DNA of 64,000 nt from an uncultured Alphaproteobacteria bacterium (GTDB lineage Bacteria > Pseudomonadota > Alphaproteobacteria > Methylaequorales > Methylaequoraceae). Under the pieces are notes generated by a model. It was given only the letters and a program-made list of their open reading frames with translations, was not told the origin of the DNA and made no database searches. Positions 19,765 to 30,600 of this stretch are shown piece by piece (position 1 is the first letter of the stretch; the number at the start of each line of letters is the position of its first letter). The position numbers and the translations under genes are program-made. The stretch covers positions 17,519-81,518 of the forward strand of contig CABZAL010000001.1 of assembly GCA_902523675.1 (NCBI GenBank), written 5' to 3'.

Positions 19765-21032
19765 TTCAAATGATTTTTAAAAAAAATATTTAATTCTGTC
19801 CAAATAGCGTTTGCTTCCTGTTTTTCTTTTAAACAAAAAGTGTTTAAATTTAAACTTAATTTTTCCATTTTTTTAGGGTTTGTCATCAGATCCTTAATGA
19901 TTTCTTCAATAGATGTTGTTGAATCTGTTTTGATGGCCGCTTGGTTCTTTAATAGATTGTCGGTAATCCTTTTGAAGTTTTGCATATAGGGACCAAAAAT
20001 TAATGCACAATTAAAATGTGAGGGTTCAATTGGATTTTGTCCTCCATGATTAACGTAGGAGCCACCCATTATTACAATTTTAGCGATGTAAAAGAATAAT
20101 GAAATCTCTCCTATGGTATCAGCCAAATAACAAAAAGTTTCTTTTTCTATAATTTCTTTCTTGGACCTAACCTTAAAATTAATTTTTTCAGAATATAAAT
20201 AATTTTGAATTTCTGATGACCTATTTACATGCCTAGGTACAATAATAAAAAGCAAATCATTAAAAGTTTTGCTTAATTTTTTTATTTTTGAAACTATTAA
20301 TTTTTCTTCGCCTTGATGACTACTCGCCAGTAAAATAACTCTTCTTTTTGAGATCATTTTTTTTAAATTTAATAATTCATTTTTATTAATGGGTAATTTT
20401 TGGGAAAGAAATTTTAGATTGCCGACATTTTTTATATTTTTGATATTAAATTTGTTTAACATTTTTTGTGTTTCATTATCTTGAACTAGAAAAAGGTTAA
20501 AACTATTCAGAAGTTTTTGAGTAGTTTTTTTTATAAGATTCCATTTTTGGTAAGTTTTTTTGGAAATTCTAGCATTAATAACAATTGAAGGAATTTTATT
20601 CTTTTTAGCTCTAAAAATTAAATTTGGCCAAAATTCTGATTCAACAAAAATTATTAAATCAGGAGCCCAATATTCGTAAAATTTCTTTGCAATAAAATCT
20701 ATGTCTAAGGGTGAAAATTGATGGACAAATTTTTCTGAAGGTCTTTTTTGCAAAATTTTAAAGGAGGATACAGTGCTTGTTGTTACTAAAACATTATATT
20801 TTGGAAAATTAGAGTTAATTTTTTTTATAATTGGCAATACTGAAAGTGATTCTCCAATACTTGAAGCATTAAACCAAATTAATTTTCCTTTGGGTCGTTT
20901 TTTTGAAAAAAAACCTATTTTTTCCATAATGCTTTTTTTAGTTTCTTTTTTTCTAATTAACCTTAAAAAAAAAAAAATTATGATCGGAGCTGAAAAAATA
21001 AATGTGAAAAATTTGTAAATATTATAAAACAT
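19761..21032 (-). CDS. waaA: 3-deoxy-D-manno-octulosonic acid (Kdo) transferase
   Basis: 423 aa. N-terminal TM anchor, glycosyltransferase family 30 architecture. Adjacent to lpxK with an ATGA overlap. Confidence 0.8.
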   Translation of the reverse strand: MFYNIYKFFTFIFSAPIIIFFFLRLIRKKETKKSIMEKIGFFSKKRPKGKLIWFNASSIGESLSVLPIIKKINSNFPKYNVLVTTSTVSSFKILQKRPSEKFVHQFSPLDIDFIAKKFYEYWAPDLIIFVESEFWPNLIFRAKKNKIPSIVINARISKKTYQKWNLIKKTTQKLLNSFNLFLVQDNETQKMLNKFNIKNIKNVGNLKFLSQKLPINKNELLNLKKMISKRRVILLASSHQGEEKLIVSKIKKLSKTFNDLLFIIVPRHVNRSSEIQNYLYSEKINFKVRSKKEIIEKETFCYLADTIGEISLFFYIAKIVIMGGSYVNHGGQNPIEPSHFNCALIFGPYMQNFKRITDNLLKNQAAIKTDSTTSIEEIIKDLMTNPKKMEKLSLNLNTFCLKEKQEANAIWTELNIFFKNHLK

Positions 21033-21041
21033 TAAAACTTA

Positions 21042-21725
21042 TCAACTAGAAAGGTTGTCGGCAAGAGTGGTTATTCTTTTTAACTCCTGCTCCAGTTGTT
21101 TTTTTTTACTTTCAATTAAATCCTCTTTTTTGAAGTATATTGGATTTCCCCATACAACTACAATTTTATTAAATGGATACACAAAGTTAAATTTATCCCA
21201 AGAATTAAAAGATCTTTTATATTTTGCTCCTAAACTTAAAGTAATAATTGGTGTTTTAGTTTTTTTAGCCAATGATATTAAACCCTCCTTAACTTCTTGA
21301 TTTGGTCCTCTTGGTCCATCAGGGGTGATACCAACTATATGATTATTATTAAGTTTTTGAATAATATTTTTCACAGATGAAATTTTTGTATTAGATGAAG
21401 AGCCCGTTATAGTTTCAATACCAAAATATCTAACCGTTTTCGAGATTAATTTACCATCTCTGTGTGCAGATATTAACATGAAAATTTTTTTTTTAAAATA
21501 CCAGCAAAATGGCATCATTAGTAATCTTCCATGCCAAAAACATACTATAAAGCTCTTTTTTTGTGATATTAAGGCTTCTATATTTGAACCCTCTTTCACA
21601 ATCCATTTAGAAGTATGAAAACATATTTTCATGTACACACAGATAACCCAGCTTAAAAACAATCTAACATTTTCACTTTTAATGAACTTTTTTATCATCA
21701 CTCTCAACTTTAAATTGAATCTCAT
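21042..21725 (-). CDS. DUF374-type lysophospholipid acyltransferase-like protein
   Basis: 227 aa. Sits between msbA and waaA, as in many alphaproteobacteria. LISAHRDGKLIS motif resembles the acyltransferase HX4D-like region. Confidence 0.6.
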   Translation of the reverse strand: MRFNLKLRVMIKKFIKSENVRLFLSWVICVYMKICFHTSKWIVKEGSNIEALISQKKSFIVCFWHGRLLMMPFCWYFKKKIFMLISAHRDGKLISKTVRYFGIETITGSSSNTKISSVKNIIQKLNNNHIVGITPDGPRGPNQEVKEGLISLAKKTKTPIITLSLGAKYKRSFNSWDKFNFVYPFNKIVVVWGNPIYFKKEDLIESKKKQLEQELKRITTLADNLSS

Positions 21726-23472
21726 AAAGGTTTTTATAAATTCCTGATCTAGATATTAATTTTTCGTGCGAACCGCGGTCCAAAATTTTTCCTTTTTCCA
21801 ATACAACTATCTCATCTGCATCATTAATAGTTGACAATCTATGCGCAATTACAAGAGATGTTTTTCCAACTAATAATTTTTTTAATGCTTTTTGTATTTT
21901 TTCTTCAGAAACTGAATCAAGTGATGATGTTGCTTCATCTAACAGCAGGAATGGTGAATTCTTTAGAAAGGCTCTTGCAATTGCGATCCTCTGTCTTTGT
22001 CCTCCAGAGAGCTTAACACCGTTTTCGCCTATCTCTGTATTAATTCCATTAGGGAATTTTTTTATAAATTCTTCGCATCCAGAGTTCTTACAAATTTCTT
22101 TTAGTTTACTCTCAGAAACAGATTGAGTTCCATAAATTATGTTGTATTTTATTGATCCATCAAAAAGAATTATGTCTTGACTGACAAGAGAAATCAAATT
22201 TCTTAACGTGGAAATTTTTATATTCTTTATGTCAACATCGTTTAAAAAAATACTTCCTTTTTGAGGTTGATAAAATCTTGGTATCAAATTGAGCAAAGTA
22301 GTTTTTCCGGCTCCTGAGTGTCCAACTAAAGCAATCTTTTTCCCATGCGGAATTATAAGACTACAATTATCCAGTATTTTATTTTTTGAATTTTTGTATC
22401 TAAAGCTTACATTTTTGAATATTATGCTTTTCTTTTTTTCATTGAGTATATTCCTATTTGGGATTATTTTTTCATCAGTAATTTCAGGACATATGTCAAT
22501 AACAGAAAATATTCTTTGAGCTGATGCCATAGCAGTTTGCAAAGTAGCGTTAAGACTTGCAATTGATTTTACTGGTTGATAAGCCATAATAAGTGCCGTC
22601 ATAAAAGAAAAAAATGTCCCGGGTGTGGTCTCTCCTGAGATCACCTGATTTCCTCCAATCCAAATTACTGATGCTATTGCTATTCCACCTAAAGTTTCCA
22701 TTAAAGGTCTGGCTACTGAACTAACTTTATTAGATTTGTATGTAAGTTTAAATATTTTTTCTATGGAGAAATTTATATTTTTTTCTTCGTATTTTTCTGT
22801 GTTAAATGATTTAATAGTTTTAATTCCTGAGAATACTTGATTTAACTTAGAAGTTAAGTCACCAAAACCAACTTGGGTTTGTGTAGAGATTTTTCTAATT
22901 CTTTTTCCAATTTTTACAATCGGAAAAATAGAAATTGGAAAAACGATAAATGCCATTAGAGCTAATTTCCAATCATGATAAAACATTACAGAAATAAGAA
23001 AAAAAATTGTTAAAAAATCTTTAACAATATTTGTCAAAACATTATGAACACCTCTAGTTAATGAACCTACATCTGATATAAATCTTGATATCAGTGTTCC
23101 TGAATTTGTTTCGTTAAAAAACGAAAGATCACACTTCATCATTGTTCTGAACATTTCAGACTGAACATCTGCAACAATTCTAAAACCAATAAAATTCATT
23201 AATATTGATTGAAAGTAAGATGCAGCACCTTTTGACATTGAAATTATTAAAATAGCAATTGGAAGAATGACTAGCATCCGAGCATTTTTTTCTAAAAATA
23301 TTTCGTCTAAAACTGGTTGCATAATCCAAGCATGAATCGCTGTTGAGGCTGATACGATTACCATACAAAAGAGTGCAAGTAGTAATTTAAAATAGTGTTT
23401 TTTTACATATTTTTTTATTAATCTTTTTAATAAAAATTTTGTTGAGTTTTGATTTATCTCTTTATTTTTCAT
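21679..23472 (-). CDS. msbA: Lipid A export ABC transporter, fused permease/ATPase
   Basis: 597 aa. Six-TM N-terminal domain plus NBD with Walker A GHSGAGKTT, signature LSGGQRQRIAIARA and Walker B LLLDEATS. Confidence 0.85.
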   Translation of the reverse strand: MKNKEINQNSTKFLLKRLIKKYVKKHYFKLLLALFCMVIVSASTAIHAWIMQPVLDEIFLEKNARMLVILPIAILIISMSKGAASYFQSILMNFIGFRIVADVQSEMFRTMMKCDLSFFNETNSGTLISRFISDVGSLTRGVHNVLTNIVKDFLTIFFLISVMFYHDWKLALMAFIVFPISIFPIVKIGKRIRKISTQTQVGFGDLTSKLNQVFSGIKTIKSFNTEKYEEKNINFSIEKIFKLTYKSNKVSSVARPLMETLGGIAIASVIWIGGNQVISGETTPGTFFSFMTALIMAYQPVKSIASLNATLQTAMASAQRIFSVIDICPEITDEKIIPNRNILNEKKKSIIFKNVSFRYKNSKNKILDNCSLIIPHGKKIALVGHSGAGKTTLLNLIPRFYQPQKGSIFLNDVDIKNIKISTLRNLISLVSQDIILFDGSIKYNIIYGTQSVSESKLKEICKNSGCEEFIKKFPNGINTEIGENGVKLSGGQRQRIAIARAFLKNSPFLLLDEATSSLDSVSEEKIQKALKKLLVGKTSLVIAHRLSTINDADEIVVLEKGKILDRGSHEKLISRSGIYKNLYEIQFKVESDDKKVH

Positions 23473-24265
23473 TGGCCTTGATATTCTCTATCATTTTCCT
23501 CTGAATTCTCAGATTTGAAGCAATAATTGATGGAATTTCAAGACTATCAGTATTGTAGATTATTGGCTTACCACTTTTTTCGGTAATTACTCCTCCAGCT
23601 TCTTCTACAATTAATGCACCAGCAGCAAGATCCCAATCACTTTTTTTCGTTAAACTCAGAGCGATATCAATTTCACCTTTAGCGACTAAAGCGATTTTAT
23701 ATGCTATTGAACCCATTCTTGTAATTTTTAAATTTTTTAAACTAGGGAATTCCTTTAAATTTTCAAATTCTGAATTACTAATCCCTAAATTACATTCTTT
23801 AATATTAATTTTGTTATTTACTTTTATTTTTTTATCATTACAAAAAGCACCATTTTTTTTTTCTGCATAAAAAAGTTCTTCAGTTTTAGGATTGTATATT
23901 ATTCCAAAAATAGGATTAGATTTATAAACTAAGGCAAGAGATATTGTATACTCTGACTTACCACTTAAAAATGATCGAGTTCCATCAATTGGGTCTAAAC
24001 ACCAAAAGTTTTTTTTCGTATTTCTTGAACCATCATCTAAAGTTTCTTCGGATAACCAACCAAAATCCGGATATTTTTTCAGAAGAAAACTCTTTAAATA
24101 ATTATTAATTTTTATGTCGGCATCTGTTACAGGTTGATTTTTTGATTTGTACCAAAAATTAATTTTTTTTTTTTCAAATTCTAAGGCAATTTTTCCTGCA
24201 TCCTTGACTGCATCAAAGATTGATTGTTTACAATTTTTTAGTAATTGCTTATTTTCATAATTCAT
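23462..24265 (-). CDS. Inositol monophosphatase family protein (SuhB/CysQ/HisN-type)
   Basis: IMPase motifs WCLDPIDGT and WDLAAGALIVEEAGG. Start placed at the internal ATG at 24265, which overlaps the pmbA stop as TAATG. The track ORF extends to 24301. Confidence 0.75.
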   Translation of the reverse strand: MNYENKQLLKNCKQSIFDAVKDAGKIALEFEKKKINFWYKSKNQPVTDADIKINNYLKSFLLKKYPDFGWLSEETLDDGSRNTKKNFWCLDPIDGTRSFLSGKSEYTISLALVYKSNPIFGIIYNPKTEELFYAEKKNGAFCNDKKIKVNNKINIKECNLGISNSEFENLKEFPSLKNLKITRMGSIAYKIALVAKGEIDIALSLTKKSDWDLAAGALIVEEAGGVITEKSGKPIIYNTDSLEIPSIIASNLRIQRKMIENIKANEK

Positions 24266-25605
24266 TAAATACCAGCTATAGTTAAATTTTCGATCAAACA
24301 AGAGGGTGCATTGATACCATATTTAAAAGTTAGATCATTGGCAGGAATTAGTCTTTTGAACATATCCAACAAATTTCCAGCAATTGTTACTTCCGATACT
24401 GGGTATTGAACCTCTCCATTCTCAATCCAAAATCCAGAAGCTCCTCTACTATAATCCCCATTTGACAGATTGACTGAACTGCCCATAAGTTCGGTAACAA
24501 GCAAACCTGTTTTCAAATTTTTAATAATATTCTTTTTTGTCTGAGTTCCTTTGTCTAAATATAAATTTGTTGCAGATGGATAGGGCACAGACGAAACACT
24601 TCTTGAAGCATTTCCAGTAGGTGGACTTTTAAGCTGTCGAGATTGTTCAAGAGAATTTATAAAATATTTTAAATATCCATTTTCAACAATATTCTTTTTT
24701 TTACATTTGATTCCTTCACAATCTATTATCTTGGATTTGATTTTTCTTTTCATACTTGGGTTGTCAAAAATATTTACGTCTTTTGAAAAAATTCTTTTAT
24801 CTAATTTGTTTTTTAAAAAACTTGTACCTCTTGCTATACTGACTGCATTACAGGCATTTATTAAGTTATTGAGCAAACTTGATGAAATTCTTGAATCAAA
24901 TATTACATTTGATTTTGTGGTCTGTATTTTTCTTGAATTTAACTTTTTTATTGCTCTTTCTGCTGTTTGCATTCCAACTTGTTCCAAATTATCAAGATCA
25001 TCAAAATATACTTCAGATTTATAATCATATGCTCTTTCCATATTTTCATCTTTTCCAGCCAATATAGCAAGTATGTAACTACTTTGTGTCTTGCTAAATT
25101 GCTGAGTAATACCATTAGATCCCAGCAAAAAGTAATCACTTTTGGACCATTCGACTTCTGCACCTTCGGAATTAGTTATAAATTTATTCTCTAAAGCGCT
25201 ACTTTCCAACTCTTCTGCTTTAGAAGTCAACTCAGACAGCTTTGGAATTTTACTATCAAAAAGATCTAAAAGTTCAAACTCTTTTTGAGAAAAGCTAGAA
25301 ATTGAACTTTCTTCGGCTAATCCGCAGTAATTGTTTTCTGGAACATGTAATACCATTTCATAAAGTCTATCCAACAATTTATCAATATTATTTAAATCAA
25401 GATTATTTGACGAAATAATAGATTGTTTCTTGCCTATTATAGCCCTTATTCCAATTTCAACATTTTCAGATTGCTCGTTTTTTTCAATCTTTCCAAGTCT
25501 TTTTGAGGAGCTCATTGAAAAATTTTTAACAAAAAAAATATCAGACTGATCACAACCTCTTTTTTTTAGTTTTAAAATAATATCAGAGAGAAAATTTTTA
25601 TCCAT
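24265..25605 (-). CDS. pmbA: TldD/PmbA family metalloprotease (PmbA/TldE-type)
   Basis: 446 aa. PmbA_TldD family architecture. C-terminal GxxGF and HxxxE-like region (GASGFWIENGE). Confidence 0.8.
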   Translation of the reverse strand: MDKNFLSDIILKLKKRGCDQSDIFFVKNFSMSSSKRLGKIEKNEQSENVEIGIRAIIGKKQSIISSNNLDLNNIDKLLDRLYEMVLHVPENNYCGLAEESSISSFSQKEFELLDLFDSKIPKLSELTSKAEELESSALENKFITNSEGAEVEWSKSDYFLLGSNGITQQFSKTQSSYILAILAGKDENMERAYDYKSEVYFDDLDNLEQVGMQTAERAIKKLNSRKIQTTKSNVIFDSRISSSLLNNLINACNAVSIARGTSFLKNKLDKRIFSKDVNIFDNPSMKRKIKSKIIDCEGIKCKKKNIVENGYLKYFINSLEQSRQLKSPPTGNASRSVSSVPYPSATNLYLDKGTQTKKNIIKNLKTGLLVTELMGSSVNLSNGDYSRGASGFWIENGEVQYPVSEVTIAGNLLDMFKRLIPANDLTFKYGINAPSCLIENLTIAGI

Positions 25606-25673
25606 ATTATCTTTTATAATTAAAATGATATATTAGCAATATTTTAGCATAAAATTAATTATATACTGGAATA

Positions 25674-25859
25674 ATGCAATATTGGGTTATAGGTGGAAAA
25701 TACAAGAATACCAAGTTTGACTCTCTTAAAGATGGTCACCAACTTGAGAAATATGGTCCTTATAAGACTTTTGAGTTAGCAAAAGAAAAATGGAGTGTAC
25801 TATCTTGGCAGAATGTTGACGATTGTTACATTAAGTATACAGTTATCAAACAAAATTAA
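25674..25859 (+). CDS. DUF4170 family small protein
   Basis: 61 aa. MQYWVIGGKY...KYGPYKTFELAKEKW...W matches the alphaproteobacteria-restricted DUF4170 pattern. Confidence 0.55.
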   Translation: MQYWVIGGKYKNTKFDSLKDGHQLEKYGPYKTFELAKEKWSVLSWQNVDDCYIKYTVIKQN

Positions 25860-26735
25860 TCAAACATTAAAGTTATTAAAAAAAAGTAATACAAATATTA
25901 TTCCTCCTAAATAAACATTTGATTTAAAAATATTCATTAAATGATTATTCTTATTTAAGTTAATTTTTTTGATTTGATAAAACAAAAAAAGACCGATTGC
26001 AAATAAAAACATTGTGTTCAAATAATTTACGTTATTAACTTGAAAAACTGAAAGTAACAAAAAAATTAGAGTCAAAAAATAAATGAAACCCACAGCTTTT
26101 TTTGGAAAGTTTTTTGTTATAATAGATAATGATTTTACTCCTATTTTTGTATCGTCTTTAATGTCTTGAAAACCATATATGGTGTCATACCCTGTTGTTA
26201 AAAATACTCCTGCAAAATATAAGTAGATGATCCCCATATCAATTGACTCATAGTTACAAAAAAAACCTAAAAAAATACCCCAGTTAAAAATTAATCCTAA
26301 AAATATTTGAGGAAAAAATGTTATCCTTTTTAAATAAGGATAAATAAAAACAAACGGTAAGATTAATAAGCCATAGAATATTACTCTTTGATCAAAATTC
26401 ACTAGAACTAGAAAACCGATTAGGAGTTGAAAAAAAAGAAAAAACAGTCCTTCAACAACGTTAATTTTCTTACTGGCAATCGGTCGATTTTTTGTTCTTG
26501 CAACCTTTGCGTCGATTTTAGAATCTATTATATCGTTAAAAGTACAACCGGCTCCTCTCATAACAATCGCTCCAACAAAAAATAATAAAGCATATTTAAT
26601 GAAACTTAAATCAAATGTATTATTGTAGGCTAGTCCCCAAAAACATGGCCACATTAATAAAAACGCTCCACTGAGGTTATTATATCTTCCTAATGAAACT
26701 AAATAAAAAATCTTATGAAAAAAAGTTTTAACCAT
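25860..26735 (-). CDS. ubiA: 4-hydroxybenzoate polyprenyltransferase
   Basis: 291 aa. UbiA prenyltransferase Asp-rich motif (NDIIDSKIDAKVARTKNRP). Multiple TM helices. Confidence 0.85.
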   Translation of the reverse strand: MVKTFFHKIFYLVSLGRYNNLSGAFLLMWPCFWGLAYNNTFDLSFIKYALLFFVGAIVMRGAGCTFNDIIDSKIDAKVARTKNRPIASKKINVVEGLFFLFFQLLIGFLVLVNFDQRVIFYGLLILPFVFIYPYLKRITFFPQIFLGLIFNWGIFLGFFCNYESIDMGIIYLYFAGVFLTTGYDTIYGFQDIKDDTKIGVKSLSIITKNFPKKAVGFIYFLTLIFLLLSVFQVNNVNYLNTMFLFAIGLFLFYQIKKINLNKNNHLMNIFKSNVYLGGIIFVLLFFNNFNV

Positions 26736-26818
26736 TTGTTAAAATATATACTATGATTTAATTATTTTCATTTAATATTAACATCTTCATATTTTCTAGA
26801 AAACGCTAATTTTATAAA

Positions 26819-27538
26819 ATGTCAAAAATAAGAATTTTTTTAAATTCAGAGTTAAAGAAATCGTCAGAGATCTTACTTTCAAAAGAAAATTCACATTACC
26901 TGAAAAATGTTTTGAGAAAAAAAAAAGGAGAAAATATTTTGTGTTTTAATAATATTTTTGGAGAATGGTTAGCTCAAATTATAGATATTGATAGATTGGT
27001 TAAAATTAAAATTTTAACATCATTAAGAAAACCAAATTTAGTTATGGAGAATGATATTTGGATTTGTTTTGGACTTATAAAACCGAGAAATATTAATTTT
27101 TTAGTTGAAAAAACTTCTGAGCTAGGTGTTAAAAAATTAATACCAATGGAAACATATTTTTCAGAAAGAAAAAATATAAACATTGATAGACTCAATAAAA
27201 TTTCTATTGAAGCGGTTGAACAATCAAGTGGAATATCAATTCCTGAAATAACCAAAGTGAAAAAACTTTCAGAGATATTGTTTAATTGGGACAAAGAAAG
27301 AAGTATTGTAGTTTGTAATGAAAAAAAAAGTTGTAAGAATATTTTAAAATTATTTTCTGGTAAAAATTTTAAAAAAATTGCAATATTTATTGGACCAGTT
27401 GCCGGATGGTCATCTGAGGATTTAAAGATTTTTGAAAATTATGATGTCATTCATATATCGTTGGGACCAAGGTTATTGAAAGCAGATACTGCGGCAGTTG
27501 CTGCTCTTTCTTGCATAAAACTTTTCTTAGAGAATTAA
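26819..27538 (+). CDS. rsmE: 16S rRNA (uracil1498-N3)-methyltransferase
   Basis: 239 aa. PUA-like N-terminus and SPOUT C-terminal domain (IFIGPVAGWSSEDL). Confidence 0.8.
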   Translation: MSKIRIFLNSELKKSSEILLSKENSHYLKNVLRKKKGENILCFNNIFGEWLAQIIDIDRLVKIKILTSLRKPNLVMENDIWICFGLIKPRNINFLVEKTSELGVKKLIPMETYFSERKNINIDRLNKISIEAVEQSSGISIPEITKVKKLSEILFNWDKERSIVVCNEKKSCKNILKLFSGKNFKKIAIFIGPVAGWSSEDLKIFENYDVIHISLGPRLLKADTAAVAALSCIKLFLEN

Positions 27539-27539
27539 T

Positions 27540-28877
27540 ATGAAACAAAAATTGCTATCAAAAATAGATTTAATAAGTGAGTTAGAAAATGGTTGTAAAC
27601 CCATAACAAAATGGAAAATAGGAACAGAACATGAAAAATTTGCATATGACAAAAAGAGTTTGAAGCCTATCCAATACGAAAAAATAAAATTGTTATTTTT
27701 ATCTCTCACCAAAGATTTTAGTTGGGAAAAGGTTTTTGAAAATGAGAAATTAATTGGTTTAAAAAAAAACGGGAGTTCTATTACACTTGAACCTGGAGGA
27801 CAAATTGAACTTTCTGGAGCACCAGTTGAGAATCTTTTTCAAACTTGTCAACAAGTGAATACGCACAAAAATGAGCTTAAAGATGTCTCAGAATCATTAA
27901 ATATTGATTATATGGGTATGGGAGTTTTACCAAAATGGAATCTTTCAGATATTCCGATTATGCCAAAAAAAAGATATGAGATAATGAGAAATCACATGAA
28001 GAAAGTTGGAACGCATGGACTTGACATGATGTTGAGAACTTGTACGATTCAAGCAAATTTAGATTTTGAGTCAGAGTCAGATATGGTAAAAAAAATGAGA
28101 GTTGCTTTGGCAATTCAACCAGCCATTATTGCTTTGTATGCTAACTCACCATTTGTTGAGGGAAAATTAACTGATTTTTGTAGTTATAGGTCTATGATTT
28201 GGACCAAAACAGATGATAAAAGGTGTGGATTTCTGCCCTTTGTTTATGATAAAGGCTTTTCTTTTGAATCATATGTTGATTATCTTCTGGATGTTCCAAT
28301 GTATTTTGTTAAAAGAAATGATTCTTACATCAATTGTGCAGGAGAGTCGTTTAAAGATTTTATGAATGGAAAACTTCCAAGTTTTGCAGGAGAGTTTCCA
28401 ACTTTAATTGATTGGAATGATCATATGACAGTTTCTTTTCCTGAAGTCAGATTGAAAAAGTTTTTAGAAGTGAGGGGTGCTGATGGAGGGCCTTGGTCAA
28501 GTGTGTGTGCTTTACCAGCATTTTGGACAGGAATTTTATACGATAAAAATGTTTTAGACGAAGTCTGGGACGTAGTAAAAAAATGGGATCTTGAACAAAA
28601 GCAAACTTTTTATTTAGAAGTAGCAAGAAATGGTTTGAAATCAAGGTGCCCAGAAAACAAGGATATTAAGGTTTTGTTAAAAAGACTATTAGATTTATCA
28701 AAATCTGGTTTAAAAAAAAGAAAAATTATAATTGATAAAAAAGATGAAAGTTTTTTTTTAGAACCTCTTTACAAAATGCTTAAATCAAAAAAATCCCCCG
28801 CAGAAAAATGGAATGAATTATTTTTAAAAAAATGGGATAAAGATCTCGATAAAATTTATGAAATCAATTTCTTTTAA
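27540..28877 (+). CDS. gshA: Glutamate--cysteine ligase, GCS2 (plant/alphaproteobacterial) type
   Basis: 445 aa. Size and conserved blocks (GTEHEKF, EPGGQIELSGAP, MMLRTCTIQANLDF) fit the family-2 glutamate-cysteine ligases. Confidence 0.8.
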   Translation: MKQKLLSKIDLISELENGCKPITKWKIGTEHEKFAYDKKSLKPIQYEKIKLLFLSLTKDFSWEKVFENEKLIGLKKNGSSITLEPGGQIELSGAPVENLFQTCQQVNTHKNELKDVSESLNIDYMGMGVLPKWNLSDIPIMPKKRYEIMRNHMKKVGTHGLDMMLRTCTIQANLDFESESDMVKKMRVALAIQPAIIALYANSPFVEGKLTDFCSYRSMIWTKTDDKRCGFLPFVYDKGFSFESYVDYLLDVPMYFVKRNDSYINCAGESFKDFMNGKLPSFAGEFPTLIDWNDHMTVSFPEVRLKKFLEVRGADGGPWSSVCALPAFWTGILYDKNVLDEVWDVVKKWDLEQKQTFYLEVARNGLKSRCPENKDIKVLLKRLLDLSKSGLKKRKIIIDKKDESFFLEPLYKMLKSKKSPAEKWNELFLKKWDKDLDKIYEINFF

Positions 28878-28906
28878 TATTATAAAAAATTGTTTACATT
28901 TAACAA

Positions 28907-29200
28907 ATGAAAAAATTTGAAACTATAAACGAAGTTAGGGAATTAATTGACTCTATTGACGACAAGATTCTTAATCTAATCGCTGAAAGAAAAAACTTGG
29001 TAATTGAAGCAGTCAAACTTAAGTCGAAGGATCAGATTATTGATTCAGAAAGGATTGAAAAAATAATTCAAAAACTTTCAAAACAAGCAGTTGAAAAAAA
29101 ATTACCTGACGGACTGGTTGAAAAACTATGGAACACTATGATTCAGGAATTTATTGACTACGAGACAAGAATTTATGATGACATTCATAAAAAAACTTAA
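28907..29200 (+). CDS. Chorismate mutase, monofunctional AroQ class
   Basis: 97 aa. AroQ helical-bundle signature (LRELIDSIDDKILNLIAERKNLVIEAVKLK). Confidence 0.75.
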   Translation: MKKFETINEVRELIDSIDDKILNLIAERKNLVIEAVKLKSKDQIIDSERIEKIIQKLSKQAVEKKLPDGLVEKLWNTMIQEFIDYETRIYDDIHKKT

Positions 29201-30600
29201 GCTGTACCCCCAACGGTCAAATTATCAACTTTAAGACTTGGTTGCCCAACCCCAACAGGAACAGATTGACCCTCTTTACCGCAGGTTCCAATCCCTTTAT
29301 CAATCTCTAAATTATTAGCTACCATTGACACCCTTTTTAAAACATCAGGACCATTTCCAATCAGTGTTGCACCTTTAATAGGTCTATCAATTTTACCATT
29401 TTTAACCAGATACGCTTCTGATGCGCTGAAAACAAACTTTCCTGATGTAATGTCAACTTGACCCCCACTAAACTGAGTGGCATAAATACCATTTTTGGTT
29501 GATTCAATTAATTCCTGATGTTCGTATTGTCCATTTAACATATAAGTGTTTGTCATTCTAGGCATAGGAATAGATGAGTAACTCTCTCTTCGTCCATTAC
29601 CCGTAGGAGATATATTCATTAGCCTTGCATTAAGTCTATCTTGCATAAAGTTCTTCAAAATACCATTTTCAATCAAAACAGTATTTTGAGTAGGTGTTCC
29701 TTCATCGTCTATTGTTAAAGAGCCTCTTCTATTTTTGAGAGTTCCATCATCAACGATTGTAATTTGGTTGGATGCAACTTGCTTTCCAACAAGATTAGCA
29801 AATACTGAAGTTTTTTTCCTATTGAAATCTCCTTCCAAGCCATGTCCTATTGCTTCATGCAGAAGGATACCAGGCCATCCAGGTCCTAATATCACAGTTT
29901 GTTCCCCTGCAGGAGCTGGTATGGCAGATAATCTTACAATCGCTTGTTTATATGCTGTGTCAACAGCCTTTTTCCAAATATTTTCATTAAAAAAATCATC
30001 ATAAGTGTAGCGACCACCAAATCCGTAGGACCCATTCTCTACCATTCCATCACTTTCGATAGTTATATTTACGTTTAACCTAACAAGTGGTCTTAAATCG
30101 TCAAAAAATTGTCCATTTTCTCTAAAAACCTCAATTTTTTGAAAATTACCAGCTAAAGTAATTGATACTTGCTTTACACGATTGTCTTTTGACCTTGCGT
30201 AATCGTTTATCTTACCTAAAAGTGAAACTTTTTTTTCAAACTTTACAAGTTCGATAGGATTTTCATGGGTGTACAAAATTTTATTAGTTTTAGGTATTTT
30301 ATTACTATTAAGATTATTGCCTTTTTCAAGATTTTCTACTGATTTTAATGCTTTATGAAGTGCTTTTTTTGTTAACTCAGAACTGTGTGCAAAACCAACC
30401 GAGTCTCCCTTAATAACTCTTAAACCAAATCCTCTGTCTTCATCATAATTAGCATTTTTGATTTTGTTATCATCAAATAAAAGATTTTCGCTTACAACTT
30501 CTTCAACAAAAAGCTCACCATCGTCATAGTTTGAAACAGCCTTATCAATTAGTAAACTAGTTTCTTCTTCAGAAAATTCTTTGTTAATTTTTGCAACCAT
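29197..30600 (-). CDS. tldD: Metalloprotease TldD
   Basis: 467 aa. TldD family motifs (HEAIGHGLEGDFN, GxC...). Divergent from the cox operon, as in other alphaproteobacteria. Confidence 0.85.
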   Translation of the reverse strand: MVAKINKEFSEEETSLLIDKAVSNYDDGELFVEEVVSENLLFDDNKIKNANYDEDRGFGLRVIKGDSVGFAHSSELTKKALHKALKSVENLEKGNNLNSNKIPKTNKILYTHENPIELVKFEKKVSLLGKINDYARSKDNRVKQVSITLAGNFQKIEVFRENGQFFDDLRPLVRLNVNITIESDGMVENGSYGFGGRYTYDDFFNENIWKKAVDTAYKQAIVRLSAIPAPAGEQTVILGPGWPGILLHEAIGHGLEGDFNRKKTSVFANLVGKQVASNQITIVDDGTLKNRRGSLTIDDEGTPTQNTVLIENGILKNFMQDRLNARLMNISPTGNGRRESYSSIPMPRMTNTYMLNGQYEHQELIESTKNGIYATQFSGGQVDITSGKFVFSASEAYLVKNGKIDRPIKGATLIGNGPDVLKRVSMVANNLEIDKGIGTCGKEGQSVPVGVGQPSLKVDNLTVGGTA

